Shown here in pieces: positions 63,976-64,000 of a stretch of DNA of 64,000 nucleotides (its first letter is position 1; every line of letters begins with the position of its first letter). The position numbers were made by a program, and so were the translations under genes. Source of the DNA: Haplodiscus bocki (taxonomy: Eukaryota); NCBI GenBank assembly GCA_965655095.1, contig OZ296652.1, positions 29,326,001-29,390,000 of the forward strand, given 5' to 3'. The notes under the pieces are model-generated. The model searched no databases. It was not told the DNA's origin and saw nothing but the letters and a program-made list of their open reading frames with translations.

Positions 63976-64000
63976 ATAAACAGTTTAGAACAATGTTTCA

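Larger units (their letters stand above)
46555..64000. mobile_element. Polinton/Maverick B, decayed, inverted relative to A, continues past the window
   Basis: Terminus AGTAGTAAGAGA at 46555; protease, MCP, penton, integrase and ATPase on (-), pPolB on (+). Confidence 0.92.

Noticed and set aside
24154-64000. A and B as arms of one giant palindrome or recent inverted duplication
   Set aside because: They are highly diverged, carry independent lesions, and each has its own terminus facing the spacer.

Overview
Eukaryotic (metazoan-type, AT-rich) repeat island with no recognisable host gene; almost everything is decayed mobile DNA. (i) 1-6897: remnant of a Polinton/adintovirus-like element whose penton-like gene is amplified as a ~1356-bp tandem array. 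(ii) 6898-20939: a large minus-strand Ty3/Gypsy retrotransposon. Its Gag starts inside the LTR, and a ~6.8-kb accessory region carries an antisense, apparently intron-containing zinc-finger gene; the 5' end falls in an N gap. (iii) ~24154-41499 (A) and 46555->64000 (B): two near full-length, independently decayed Polinton/Maverick elements in tail-to-tail orientation with the same gene order (pPolB, ATPase, integrase, penton, major capsid, adenain-like protease). Solo LTRs lie between them. Most notable: both Polintons carry, at the same position, a small signal-peptide + EGF-domain gene whose reconstructed cysteine spacing (C-x7-C-x5-C-x10-C-x-C-x8-C) matches EGFR ligands, i.e. a candidate Polinton growth-factor 'virokine', next to a 31-bp tandem array. 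All protein calls come from manual translation and motif recognition; no database searches were run.
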